DNA of 64,000 nt from Candidatus Eiseniibacteriota bacterium (GTDB lineage: Bacteria > Eisenbacteria > RBG-16-71-46 > CAIMUX01 > VGJL01), in the NCBI GenBank assembly GCA_041946735.1, contig JBHGAY010000015.1:1-64000 (forward strand), written 5' to 3'. Made by a program: the position numbers and the translations under genes. Every line of letters begins with the position of its first letter. Within the stretch, counting starts at the first letter, position 1. The notes beneath the pieces were generated by a model. It saw only the letters and a program-made list of their open reading frames with translations. It searched no databases and had not been told where the DNA came from. This document shows, in pieces, positions 45,793 to 55,599 of this stretch.

Positions 45793-46194
45793 CTACAGCT
45801 GGCTCGTGCAGGACCGGCACTTCTTGGCGCCGGCGGGGATGACGTCCATGCAGTAGGGGCACTCCTTCGTGGGTGGACCCGGAGGAGGCGGAGCAGGCTT
45901 CAGGAACGTCCTCGTGATCTGGAAAACCACAAACCCGATGATCAGCAGATCGATCACGTTTCCGAGGAACGACCCGACCATGAGGGCGTTCTTTGCCGTT
46001 CCGTCCGGGTTGTGGCTGAGCGTGATCGCCCAGGTCCGCCATCCGCCACCGGGTAGGATCAGGCCGATCACCGGCATGAGAAGATCGCCGACGATCGAAG
46101 TCACGACCTTCCCGACGGCGGCGCCGATGATCACGCCGATGGCGAGCGCGAGGGCGTTCGACTTGAAGAGGAACGCCTGAAACTCCTTCCACAT
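45793..46194 (-). CDS. mscL: Large-conductance mechanosensitive channel with a C-terminal Zn ribbon
   Basis: MWKEFQAFLFKSNALALAIGVIIGAA, DLLMPVIG; tail KECPYCMDVIPAGAKKCRSCTS; SD GGAGG. Confidence 0.93.
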   Translation of the reverse strand: MWKEFQAFLFKSNALALAIGVIIGAAVGKVVTSIVGDLLMPVIGLILPGGGWRTWAITLSHNPDGTAKNALMVGSFLGNVIDLLIIGFVVFQITRTFLKPAPPPPGPPTKECPYCMDVIPAGAKKCRSCTSQL

Positions 46195-46778
46195 AGTCCA
46201 CCTCCCAAACGTTCGACCCATCGCGACAGTCAGACGGGACGCACCGTTCATACGCCCAGCCCGGAAGCCTGGCAAGCGTTCGTTTGGCGCCGGTCTCGGC
46301 CTGCGCTCGAGGAGGAGCGGGCTGGAGGGGGAACGCGGCCGCGGGCGAGCCGCCGGCCACGTGAGACGCGGCGACCGACAACACGCCCCAGCCTGGCGCG
46401 ACGGCCGGGCCGGCTATCAGCCAGAAGGAGGGATCGAGATCGTTTCGTCCGCGGGCCGGGCCTGCGGAGCACGATCCAGGGGCGCCGCGACAGGAAGGGC
46501 GCAGCCATGTGAGGACGGCGCAGAAAGCGCCCCGCCACGTGCCGACTCCCTCGACGCTTTGTTCGGATTGACTCCGTTTCGCCGTATGTGAGACGTTTTC
46601 TCCAACGGGGCATGCACGATCGTTCGTGAATGATAAAGGTGATGGCAGAATGTTGGACCGAAGAATGGATCGTGGGTCCCGTTCGGCTCTTCGCTGCCAT
46701 CGCGCGGGGATTGATGCGCAAGTGATGCATTCCCCTCGACCGGTTCCGGCCGGCCTCGCAGGAGGAAGGAGTGATCCC

Positions 46779-47225
46779 GTGAAGCGCTTCTGGCCCAGCC
46801 TGATTCTCGCCATCATCCTGCCGGTTCTCGGTTGCGGCGGCGGAAACCGCGGCGATGAGAACGCGTCTGCGACGGAGCGCGGAACGACGGCCGATACGAC
46901 GGCGGTCAACGACACGAACCGGGTCTACACCCAGGACGAGATGACCGCGTACAGGACGCAGGTGACGCAAGACCTCCAGAATATGAATCAGCAGCTGACG
47001 CAGATGCGATCCCGCATGGCGAACATGACGTCCTCGGCGCAAGCCGACATGCAGCAGCAGCTCGACCGAATCCAAACGGAGCGCCAGACGATTCAGGCCC
47101 GCGTGGACTCGTTGGAGACGGCCACCGGGACGCAGTGGACAAGGATCCGGATCCGGGTCGACCAGGACCTGAAGAACCTGCGCGCGGATCTCGAGGACGC
47201 GGGCGACAAGCTGCAATCGCAATAG
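46779..47225 (+). CDS. Coiled-coil lipoprotein
   Basis: GTG start after SD GGAG; lipobox VLGC; Gln/Thr-rich helical body. Confidence 0.8.
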   Translation: MKRFWPSLILAIILPVLGCGGGNRGDENASATERGTTADTTAVNDTNRVYTQDEMTAYRTQVTQDLQNMNQQLTQMRSRMANMTSSAQADMQQQLDRIQTERQTIQARVDSLETATGTQWTRIRIRVDQDLKNLRADLEDAGDKLQSQ

Positions 47226-47353
47226 CCGGCCGGCGGGAAGTGGCGGCCGCCCAGTGCCTCGCAGAAAGGAATTCGGCCGATCCCGGTGCGGCGCGCCGGT
47301 CCTCGCCGGCACCTCGCCCGGGATCGAGCCCAAGGCCTGACAGTGGAGGGTCG

Positions 47354-47767
47354 ATGGAGGGGTATCACGAGCCGTACGAGATCCTCGGTCCCGAGACGAG
47401 CGATCTCCACCGGGCATTGACAAGCCTGAAAGAGGAGATCGAGGCGATCGACTGGTACCACCAGCGGGTCGTCGCCGCGCATGACCCCGCCCTCCGGGAC
47501 GTCCTTACCCACAATCGGGACGAGGAGATCGAGCACGCGACGATGGTGCTCGAGTGGCTCCGGCGCAACATGCCCGGATGGGACCGAGCTCTTCGCGCCT
47601 ATCTGTTCCGGGAGGAGCCAATCACCGAGATCGAGGAGGAGGACAAGGCAGGTGGGGAGCGCCGTGAGGCCGATCTCACATCGCCGGCCCCCTCCCAGGG
47701 ATCGGTCCGGCATGGACGGCAGCCGATCCCCGACCTTGGAATCGGCAAGCTCCAAGAGGAGGCGTGA
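47354..47767 (+). CDS. Encapsulated ferritin-like protein (Flp/EncFtn) with a C-terminal targeting peptide
   Basis: YHEP, HRALTSLKEEIEAIDWYHQR, HNRDEEIEHA.M.LEWLRR; ends DLGIGKL. Confidence 0.93.
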   Translation: MEGYHEPYEILGPETSDLHRALTSLKEEIEAIDWYHQRVVAAHDPALRDVLTHNRDEEIEHATMVLEWLRRNMPGWDRALRAYLFREEPITEIEEEDKAGGERREADLTSPAPSQGSVRHGRQPIPDLGIGKLQEEA

Positions 47768-48571
47768 GTGGACATTCTCAAGCGGGCTCTCGCTCCCATC
47801 ACCGACCTCGCCTGGACCGAAATCGAAGCGGTCACTGCGAGCGCGCTTCGTACGCACATGATCGGCCGCCGGATCGTCGACGTCAGCGGACCCCACGGGT
47901 GGGACTTCGCCGCGATCGGTCTCGGCCGCCTGGACGTCGACCGGCAAAGCCTCGACGAGGTCTATTTCGGCGTCCATCAGGTGCAGCCGCTGGTCGAAGT
48001 ACGTGTTCCCTTTTCGCTCGGGATCTGGGAGCTGGACAACGTGACGCGCGGCGCCGCCGACGTCGATCTGACGGCTGCGATCGACGCGGCGAAGCGGATC
48101 GCCGACTTCGAGGACGGCGCGATCTTCAACGGCTTCGAGAAGGCGAAGATCCAGGGTCTGCTTCACGCCTCTCCGCATCCCGCGATTGCCGTTCGACCGG
48201 ACTCGGGGTCGCTCCTGGAGGGCGTTTCGAAGGCGCTCCTGGCGCTTCTCGACGCCGCGGTGCAAGGCCCCTACGTCCTCGTCCTCGGCCCGCGCCTCTT
48301 TCAGACGCTCGCCAACACTGCCTCCGGCTATCCGTTGCGCAAGCAGGTGGAGCAGCTCCTCGAAGGGAAAGCCATCTACCGGTCCGTGATCGAGGGAGGC
48401 GCGCTCGTCTCGAAGCGCGGGGGAGATCTGGAGCTCACGATCGGGCAGGACATCTCCCTCGGATATGAATCACACGACACCAAACAGGTCCGCCTCTACC
48501 TGACCGAATCGTTCACGTTCCGGATTCTCGACCCTTCGGTCGCCGTACCGCTCACGCTCGCTTCCTCGTAG
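47768..48571 (+). CDS. Family 1 encapsulin shell protein (Linocin M18)
   Basis: MDILKRALAPIT..AW.EI, DVSGPHG, GGDLELTIGQDISLGY, ESFTF. Confidence 0.95.
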   Translation: MDILKRALAPITDLAWTEIEAVTASALRTHMIGRRIVDVSGPHGWDFAAIGLGRLDVDRQSLDEVYFGVHQVQPLVEVRVPFSLGIWELDNVTRGAADVDLTAAIDAAKRIADFEDGAIFNGFEKAKIQGLLHASPHPAIAVRPDSGSLLEGVSKALLALLDAAVQGPYVLVLGPRLFQTLANTASGYPLRKQVEQLLEGKAIYRSVIEGGALVSKRGGDLELTIGQDISLGYESHDTKQVRLYLTESFTFRILDPSVAVPLTLASS

Positions 48572-48982
48572 CCGGCGTTCCCGTCCGGCCTCCAAAGAGG
48601 TCTCCGCCGCAGCGGATACCTTTCCTCTCGCGCCTCCCGGCGGCGCGGGCACTGCTTGCGCGAGCGGCAGCCCCCCATTCCCCGGGCGCTCGCGCAACGG
48701 TTGAATGCGCCGACATTCGGGCGACGAACTTGCCAGTGTGCGACACCACGTAAAGGCGAGCGAGCTTCGTAATAGCCGGGATTACATGAGATCGCATAGA
48801 CCGATTCATGTACGTTTTCGTCATCTTGAAACACGAAAGGGCCGTCAGGTTGCGATCTGCTGTTGCCGGGCGCGATTTGAACCTCGACAATGAGGAAAGA
48901 AGGACCGGGTTTCCCTCGCAGATAGGCCGCGACGGCCTAGGCCGATGCGATTGGCCGATCGACCTATTCCCAGGAGGAAGAC

Positions 48983-49132
48983 ATGCTGTGGACAATCTTC
49001 GTGATCTTGCTGGTTCTCTGGCTGCTCGGGATGGTGAGCTCCTATACCCTCGGCGGCTTCATCCATATCTTGCTCGTGCTTGCGATCGTCGTTCTCCTGA
49101 TCCGGGTGATCTCAGGTCGAAGGGTCGTGTAG
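48983..49132 (+). CDS. lmo0937 family small membrane protein (49 aa; not in the ORF track)
   Basis: MLWTIFVILLVLWLLGMVSSYTLGGFIHILLVLAIVVLLIRVISGRRVV; SD AGGAGG. Confidence 0.9.
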   Translation: MLWTIFVILLVLWLLGMVSSYTLGGFIHILLVLAIVVLLIRVISGRRVV

Positions 49133-49458
49133 CGGCTCGTCATCGGCTTCGATGATCCGCTTGGTGGCCGCCTTGCGGACGCGAACGCCAGGAGATCGGC
49201 CGGAGTGGCGAGCGCCCTCCGGTCGATCGGCGTCTCCCTGCACGTCCTTTCTCCCCGCACGCCCTTTCTCTCTGCACGACCCTTTCTTCTCGCGCGGCTC
49301 TCCCCGCACGACGGTTCCTCCCCGCGCGACCATTTCTTATCTGAGCGCCGCGAAGCCCCTCCGGGCGCCGGCGGGCCGGCCATCCCGTCCTCGGGAGGGA
49401 GTCCGCATCCGCCCGGTGGCGCGCCTTCGTGCTGTAGAATCGACCTGGGAGGTTTCCG

Positions 49459-49956
49459 ATGGAGTTCGTGCCGTCTCGAGCGCAAGCGCACCTCGTCGTC
49501 GCCGCTGTCCGTGTGCTCAGCCATACGAAGAAACGCCCTCCGACCGCCGAGGAAATGTCCGAGCTTCTCGGGATCGGACGGGAGGTCATCCTGCATCTCG
49601 CCCGGGGTCTGGAGGCGAAGCAGATCCTTCGCGCCATCCAGAACCCGTTCGAGCTGCGATGGGATCTCGAAGATCCCAGCCGCATCGACGAGCTTCCGAT
49701 GGCCGCCTCGGGACCGGACATGGGACGCGAAATCGAGGACTTCCACCGGCGGGCCGAGGACCGGCAGAAGAAAATCGAGCGAATGATGCGGGACACGGAC
49801 CCGGAGAGGTCCTCGCGCGAGAAGGCGCAGAAGATCGAGGAGGAGTTCCGGCGTTTTCGCTCGGATCGAAGCAAGCGCTCGATCTTCGGTCCCGCGGGCG
49901 GGAGCGACGGCCGGCCGGAGGAGAATGCGGAGGAGGAAGGGAAGGACCGGGAGTGA
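49459..49956 (+). CDS. Hypothetical protein with a probable winged HTH and a charged coiled-coil tail
   Basis: RPPTAEEMSELLGIGREVILHLARGLEAKQIL; SD GGAGG. Confidence 0.7.
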   Translation: MEFVPSRAQAHLVVAAVRVLSHTKKRPPTAEEMSELLGIGREVILHLARGLEAKQILRAIQNPFELRWDLEDPSRIDELPMAASGPDMGREIEDFHRRAEDRQKKIERMMRDTDPERSSREKAQKIEEEFRRFRSDRSKRSIFGPAGGSDGRPEENAEEEGKDRE

Positions 49957-50014
49957 TGGGTGGCGTTGGAGGAGCGAGAAGGCGATGCGGCCGGCGCGCG
50001 AGAACGCCGAGCGA

Positions 50015-51388
50015 TCAGGCTCTTCCCGCCGCGGCTCGCTCCTTCCTCTTTCTGTACGTTCGCGCCAGCTCGAAGAAGATGCCGAGGTCGCGCTCCAGGT
50101 GCGACTGCGTGCCGTCGAAATAGAAGATCCGGATCGGGATGCCGTCGTGGTCGCGGCTGATCTTCGGATAGACCGCCTCGCTCACGATCCCATTCATGCA
50201 GCTGAACGGGCTGATGTCGACGATGCCGTCGCACCCCTTCGACCAGAAGTAGACCGCCTTCCCGGCGGAGATCACCATCTCCCCGTACACACCCGATGCG
50301 GGGAGATACGGTTCGGCGAGATCCGTGACGATCTTCATCCTCTCCGGTTCCTCGCGCCCCTCGAAGAGCGCGTGGAACGGGGCTGCCAGCGCGTGTTCGT
50401 CACTCCGCTGGAACGCCTCCTTCACGTACGCGCCCAGCATCCGTAACGAAAATGTCTGCCCTGCGTAGCGGATCCATTTTCTCCGCTGCTCGAGATTCGT
50501 GTAGTAGATCCACTCGCTGATGTCCGAGATCCAGGCTTCGCCTCCCTGCGCCTCGATCTTGCGGACCATCTCCTCGTTGCTGAAGGTGTTCATCCGGCAG
50601 AAGATCTCGCCCACCACGCCGATCCGCAGCCGGTCCTCGGATCGTCGCGGGACCGACTCGAACGCGGCGGCCGCCTCGTCCATTGCCGACCGGAGCTTCG
50701 CGAGCGTCTCGCCCGCCGTCGCCCCACGTGTCTCGAGGATCGCGCAGACCGCGTCGATCGACCGGTCGTAGAGCCGGTCGGTCGTTCCCGCCTCGATCTC
50801 GTACGGTCGCACCCGCAACGTCGCCTTGCGGAGCAGGTCGGCGGCGACGAGGGCGCGCCACGACGCGCGCTGGACCGCCCGCGAGTCCATCCCCATCAGG
50901 TCATAGCCGCTGCCGCTCGTCGGGCTCACGATCGCCACGCTCTCTGCCCCGACCGAATCGAGCACACGGCGGAGGAACGGAGCGTACTGGCCGAAGCGGC
51001 ACGGCCCCGGAGCGGTCGGCATGAAGAAGGCGAGCCGCTCCTTGGGGATCGGGCCGTCCTGCACGATCCGCAGGATGTCTCCGAGAGTGGCGCGCTCAGG
51101 GAAGCACTCCTCCCCGGACGTGTGGCGCCCGCCGAGTTCGATGGTCCGGCTGTCGGACGGCGGGATCGGTCGAGCATCGACACCGGCGCCGCGAATCGCC
51201 GCGGCGACGCAGGTCGCGGCGGAGCCGCTCATCCGGGGGATGAAGAGAACGCGCTCGGCGATCGGAACGCCACCCGGCGCGCGATCGTTTCGCGGCCGGA
51301 CCGCGGCAGGGCGAGCGCGATCCGGATCGGCCGGCTCGCCGGCGGCTTCCGCCCTCGCGCCCTCGGGGATGCGCGTCGTATCGCTCAC
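50015..51388 (-). CDS. CoA-substrate activase-associated protein (DUF2229/HgdAB-related)
   Basis: GEECFP, GPCRFGQY, IGVVGEIF, PFSCM, FDG; GTG start after SD AAAGGAG. Confidence 0.82.
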   Translation of the reverse strand: MSDTTRIPEGARAEAAGEPADPDRARPAAVRPRNDRAPGGVPIAERVLFIPRMSGSAATCVAAAIRGAGVDARPIPPSDSRTIELGGRHTSGEECFPERATLGDILRIVQDGPIPKERLAFFMPTAPGPCRFGQYAPFLRRVLDSVGAESVAIVSPTSGSGYDLMGMDSRAVQRASWRALVAADLLRKATLRVRPYEIEAGTTDRLYDRSIDAVCAILETRGATAGETLAKLRSAMDEAAAAFESVPRRSEDRLRIGVVGEIFCRMNTFSNEEMVRKIEAQGGEAWISDISEWIYYTNLEQRRKWIRYAGQTFSLRMLGAYVKEAFQRSDEHALAAPFHALFEGREEPERMKIVTDLAEPYLPASGVYGEMVISAGKAVYFWSKGCDGIVDISPFSCMNGIVSEAVYPKISRDHDGIPIRIFYFDGTQSHLERDLGIFFELARTYRKRKERAAAGRA

Positions 51389-51411
51389 AGGGAAGGAAGC
51401 TCCTTTCGTCC

Positions 51412-54400
51412 TCACCGCGACGGACCGCCCGCCTCGACCGACCCCGATCGCGACACCGACCCGGATCGCGTAGCCGCCCCCGGTGATCGGGAGGCGCCGA
51501 GCAGTGCTGCGGCCTCCTCGACGACCGCCGAAGCGCCGCCGCGACGCTCTTCGCCTCCGCCTGCCGCCGCCGCGGCGGCCGCCCCGCTCCATCGCCGCAG
51601 CATCCCCTGGCTGTCCAGGTAGGCCTCGACGCGCGTCAGCATGCCTGCGTCGTTCGCGTGGCCGTCGAACTGCAGGGTCAGGAAGGCGCGCCCGAAGGCG
51701 TCGCGGACGAAATGCTTGATGTAGGAGTCGGGGCCGCACTTGAAGTTCGTAATGTAAATGAGGTGGAGGCGCTCGCGGCGCGAGGCGACGATCGCCGCCG
51801 CGAGGATCTTCCTTCCATAGGCCCAGTACATGTTCGCATTGACCGCCTCGATGTCGGCGTCGCCGGAGGCGAGGAACTCGAGCGGCACCACGTTCGCCCC
51901 GTAGAGATCGCGGAGCTTGCGCGGCACGTCGAGGTTCACGACGGGGTCGAAGAGGTTGTACGGGCGGCCGGCCAGAAGGACGGCCGGCTCTCCGCTCGCA
52001 TCCAGCTCCCGCATCGCCGTCTCGCCCGCCTCTCGAATCCTCCTCCGAAAGAGGGCGAGAGCCTCCTCACCCGCGGCCAGGCCCCGCTTCACGGCCCCCT
52101 TCCGCACTCCATAGCGCCGGAGGGAATCGTGCAGCGGATCGACCAGCGCCCGCGGGCCGGCCTGGATGCGGAGTAGCGGGTGGACGATCCGTTTGGCCTG
52201 CGCCTCGAACCCGGCCGCCGCGCGCACGACGTAGGGGATCGTCATCCCCCAAGGACAGCAGAAGCTTTCGATCTCGTCGTGCGTCCGCTCTGTGTTGATC
52301 AGGTTCGGCAGGAAGACGAAGTCGGTCTCGGGCATTTCGAGCGCGAGCCGGACGTGGCCGTGGGCGACCTGGATCGGGAAGCAAGGCTCGGCGACCGCCG
52401 CCTCCACTCCATCGTGCGCGATCGATCGGTTCGTCTCCGGCGTCAGGCGGACCCCGAAGCCGGTCTCGCGCAGGAAGGCGTTCCAGAACGGAAACCGGTC
52501 GAAGAAGTAGAGGGAGCGCGGGAAGGCGACCGTGCCGCGTGGGCCGCTACCCGGCTCGTACCCCTCGAGGAGCCACTCCTTTCGCAACCGCACGAGATCG
52601 TCGATGACCGGCTCGTACTGGACCCGCGCCCGGCGCCTGTAGCGATCGCCGCACTGGTCGCCCCAGAACGTCTTCTCTCCCTCGACCCGGAACTCCTGCA
52701 TGTCGCAGCGGTTCTCGCACCCCTGGCACGTGAACTCCCGGATCCGGTAGTCGACGGTGCCGAGGTCCCATCCACGGAACCGCGATGGCGCTCCGGAATC
52801 CGCGTTCGCCTTCTCCCAGGCGAGCAGGGCCGCGCCCACGGCTCCGACGACTCCGTTGTAGGGAGGGACGATGATCTCCCGGTCGAGAATCTGCGCAAAA
52901 GCCGCTGCGACGGCGTCGTTGTAGGCCGTCCCCCCTTGGAAGAAGATCACGCCGTCGATCTTGCGGCCGCGCACGACGCGGTTGATGTAGTTCGTCGCGA
53001 CCGAGAGAGCGAGTCCGGCCAGCAGATCCTCGGTCGACGCGCCACGCTGCTGGTAGGCGTTGACGTCCCGTTCCATGAAGACCGTGCAGCGTTCGCCGAG
53101 GCGCACGGGGGAGGTCGACGCGAGCGCCCGGCTCGCGAACTCCCCCTTGATGCAGACTCCCAGCTCCTCCGCCCGCTCCTCGAGGAACGACCCGGTGCCG
53201 GCCGCGCACGCTTCGTTCATCGCGAAGTCGACGACGATCCCGTCCTCGATGCGGATGTACTTCGCGTCCTGCCCGCCGATCTCGAAGATCGTATGGACCG
53301 GTGAGCCGAGCATCGTCCGCGCGATGAAGCTCGCGCCGGTCTTGTGAGCGGTGATCTCGTCGTTCACGGTGTCGGCGCCGACCAGCTCACCGATCAGCTC
53401 GCGACCCGAGCCGGTCGTCCCGACGGCCCGCACGGCGATCCGTTTTCCCAGCTCGCCGCGCAGCTCCGCGAGCGCCGCGGTGACGACCTCGATCGGCCGT
53501 CCCTGCGTGCGCGTGTAGATCTCGCGCACGATCTGGCCTTCGCGCGTCAGAAGAACCACGTTCGTGCTGACCGACCCGATGTCGATTCCGAGAGCGACCT
53601 CGACCGGAGAGCCGTTCCCACTCGACGGCATCTCGTAAGGGAGCACGCGGTCCCGAAGCGCGATGACCTTGCCGAGGTCGAGCGGGCGGGCGCGCGGCAT
53701 CGTGTCCGAGCCGAGGGACGCCTCCGACACTCGCTCCAGATCGAGAGGATGGTGCACGGCGTCGCTCGCTTCGAGGATTGCGCATCCGATCGCGGCATGC
53801 GCCGCGTGATGCTCCGGGACGATCAGGTCTTCGTCGAGATCGAAAACGTCGCGCAGCGCGCGCACCACCATCCCATTGGCCGCGACCCCGCCGACGAGTA
53901 GAACCGGCGGCCGCGGGGTCCGTCCTTTCACTACGGCGGCTCGGAAGTTGCGCGCGACGGTTTCACAAAGTCCCCGGAGCACCTCCGGGGGCGAGTAGCC
54001 TTTCTGCTGCGCGTGGATCATGTCGCTCTTCGCGAAAACGGAGCAGCGCCCGGCGATCTTGGCGGCCCGCTCGCTCGCGAGCGCGATCGCGCCCAGCTCC
54101 TCGACCTCGTAGCGCAGTCGCCCTGCCTGCTGATCGAGGAACGAGCCGGTTCCGGCAGCGCAGTCTCCGTTGGTTGCGTAATCGGCGATCCCCAGCTCGC
54201 CCGATCCTGGGTCCCGCTCGAAGAAGAGCGCCTTCGAGGACTCCCCGCCGATTTCGAAGAGCGTCCGCACCTCGGGTGCCAGGGCGCGCGTCGCCGCCGC
54301 GAGGCAGCGGAAGTCGTTCTCTTCCGGGATTCCGAAGCGCTCGCGAAGCAGGCGGGCTCCCGAGCCGGTCACACGGACCCCGTCGAACGCGCGGCCGCCG

Positions 54401-54636
54401 GCGCTCTCCCGTATCCGCTCCACGAGGAGCCGGGCGGCCTCGAGCGGACGTCCGTGGGTGCGCCGGTAGGTGGTGACGCGGAGAGATGCCGGCCCTCCGC
54501 CGGGAAGCTCGATATCGAGGAGGTCGGGGGACCAGAGATCCCCCGACGGCTCCTCGCGACGCTCCCGATCCTCGCCGATCTTCAGCAGGGCGGCCTTGAT
54601 GCTGACCGCGCCGATGTCGAGTCCCAAGTACAGCAA
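51412..54636 (-). CDS. Acyl-CoA dehydratase activase (two BadG/HgdC ASKHA domains plus a DUF2229-like domain)
   Basis: LGLDIGAVSIK, NGDCAAGTGSF, GRCSVF; GIDIGSVST, NEACAAGTGSF, ERCTVF; CQGCENRC; NFKCGPDS; TTG start after SD AGGAG. Confidence 0.9.
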   Translation of the reverse strand: MLYLGLDIGAVSIKAALLKIGEDRERREEPSGDLWSPDLLDIELPGGGPASLRVTTYRRTHGRPLEAARLLVERIRESAGGRAFDGVRVTGSGARLLRERFGIPEENDFRCLAAATRALAPEVRTLFEIGGESSKALFFERDPGSGELGIADYATNGDCAAGTGSFLDQQAGRLRYEVEELGAIALASERAAKIAGRCSVFAKSDMIHAQQKGYSPPEVLRGLCETVARNFRAAVVKGRTPRPPVLLVGGVAANGMVVRALRDVFDLDEDLIVPEHHAAHAAIGCAILEASDAVHHPLDLERVSEASLGSDTMPRARPLDLGKVIALRDRVLPYEMPSSGNGSPVEVALGIDIGSVSTNVVLLTREGQIVREIYTRTQGRPIEVVTAALAELRGELGKRIAVRAVGTTGSGRELIGELVGADTVNDEITAHKTGASFIARTMLGSPVHTIFEIGGQDAKYIRIEDGIVVDFAMNEACAAGTGSFLEERAEELGVCIKGEFASRALASTSPVRLGERCTVFMERDVNAYQQRGASTEDLLAGLALSVATNYINRVVRGRKIDGVIFFQGGTAYNDAVAAAFAQILDREIIVPPYNGVVGAVGAALLAWEKANADSGAPSRFRGWDLGTVDYRIREFTCQGCENRCDMQEFRVEGEKTFWGDQCGDRYRRRARVQYEPVIDDLVRLRKEWLLEGYEPGSGPRGTVAFPRSLYFFDRFPFWNAFLRETGFGVRLTPETNRSIAHDGVEAAVAEPCFPIQVAHGHVRLALEMPETDFVFLPNLINTERTHDEIESFCCPWGMTIPYVVRAAAGFEAQAKRIVHPLLRIQAGPRALVDPLHDSLRRYGVRKGAVKRGLAAGEEALALFRRRIREAGETAMRELDASGEPAVLLAGRPYNLFDPVVNLDVPRKLRDLYGANVVPLEFLASGDADIEAVNANMYWAYGRKILAAAIVASRRERLHLIYITNFKCGPDSYIKHFVRDAFGRAFLTLQFDGHANDAGMLTRVEAYLDSQGMLRRWSGAAAAAAAGGGEERRGGASAVVEEAAALLGASRSPGAATRSGSVSRSGSVEAGGPSR

Positions 54637-54820
54637 GAGAGGCGCTCCTGAACGGTCTCCCTGCCGCGCAGGTCGAGACCCGGCCGGTCCATACGAACGA
54701 GGGCGGCCAACCGGGGCTGAGAATACGTTCGGCCTGATGCGTTGGCAAGGACGCCCGACCGGTCGCCGCATCGCAGCTCCATGCCCGCCGATGCCCGCCG
54801 GCGGGCCGTGTCAGGCCCGG

Positions 54821-54901
54821 GCAGGCCGGCTCTCCTAGCACGCCGGCTCTCCGTGCGGGGTGCTCTCCTGGCAGGCCGGCTCTCCGTGCAGGCCGCTCCG
54901 G
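54821..54901. repeat. About 17-bp intergenic tandem repeat (about 5 copies)
   Basis: Variants of gcaggccggctctcc(ta/gt). Confidence 0.75.
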
Positions 54902-54948
54902 CTCGCCTTCGCGGCTGGCTTTCCCGGCTCGTTTCCGTGGCTCGCTTC

Positions 54949-55599
54949 TTAGCGAGGAGGCAGCGCAGAGCCGAGTTCATCGGCGAGGAGCCTGGCTTTG
55001 TGCGCCAGGTTCGCTGCGGCCTGGAGATCCTCGTGATCGAACGCCTTCCGGGCCTGGTCGATCAGGCCGCGCACGGTGCGAAGCTTCTGCTTCTGTTCTT
55101 CAGTCTGGACGCGGTCGACGGAGCGCGTGACCGACAGCTCGGCGATGCGCAGATCGTCCTCGGTCACCGCCTTCAGCCGCAGCTTCTCGGCATCGGTGAG
55201 TGCGACCGAGATCGACGACTGTCCAGCGCCGCCTTCCTCGAGGAGGGTATCCGCCGGAGAGGTCTCGGTCGTTTCGGACCCCGGCGGGCCCGCTTCGGCC
55301 TGCGGTCTCTCGCCCGGCTCGGCCGTCCGCCGTGAAGCGCCGTTGCTGCCCCCTCGAGAGGGCGCGCCGGTCGATCCCGATGCGCTCGAGGGCGGATGGA
55401 AGGCTGCGGAATCGATCGGGGCAGCTTCGGACTGCGCTCGGATCGAGTCGGCAATCTCGGCGGACCAGGTGGGAGGCGGGGGAGCATCCGGAGGACGGAA
55501 CAGCCTCTTCACGCTGCCGCATCCCGAGCCGCCAGCCGTGACCGCGAAGGCCAGAAGCACGGCGGGGGGGAGGAAGCGCCGTCCAAAGAGGCGGGTCAA
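54949..55599 (-). CDS. Lipoprotein co-transcribed with the two-component system
   Basis: Lipobox GSGC; Pro/Ser linker; helical C-terminus LIDQARKAF..AANLAHKARLLA; overlaps the kinase stop. Confidence 0.75.
   Translation of the reverse strand: MTRLFGRRFLPPAVLLAFAVTAGGSGCGSVKRLFRPPDAPPPPTWSAEIADSIRAQSEAAPIDSAAFHPPSSASGSTGAPSRGGSNGASRRTAEPGERPQAEAGPPGSETTETSPADTLLEEGGAGQSSISVALTDAEKLRLKAVTEDDLRIAELSVTRSVDRVQTEEQKQKLRTVRGLIDQARKAFDHEDLQAAANLAHKARLLADELGSALPPR

Noticed and set aside
46643..46657. sigma54 promoter TGGCAGAATGTTGGA
   Set aside because: The -12 element and spacing deviate from GG-N10-GC; too weak to call.
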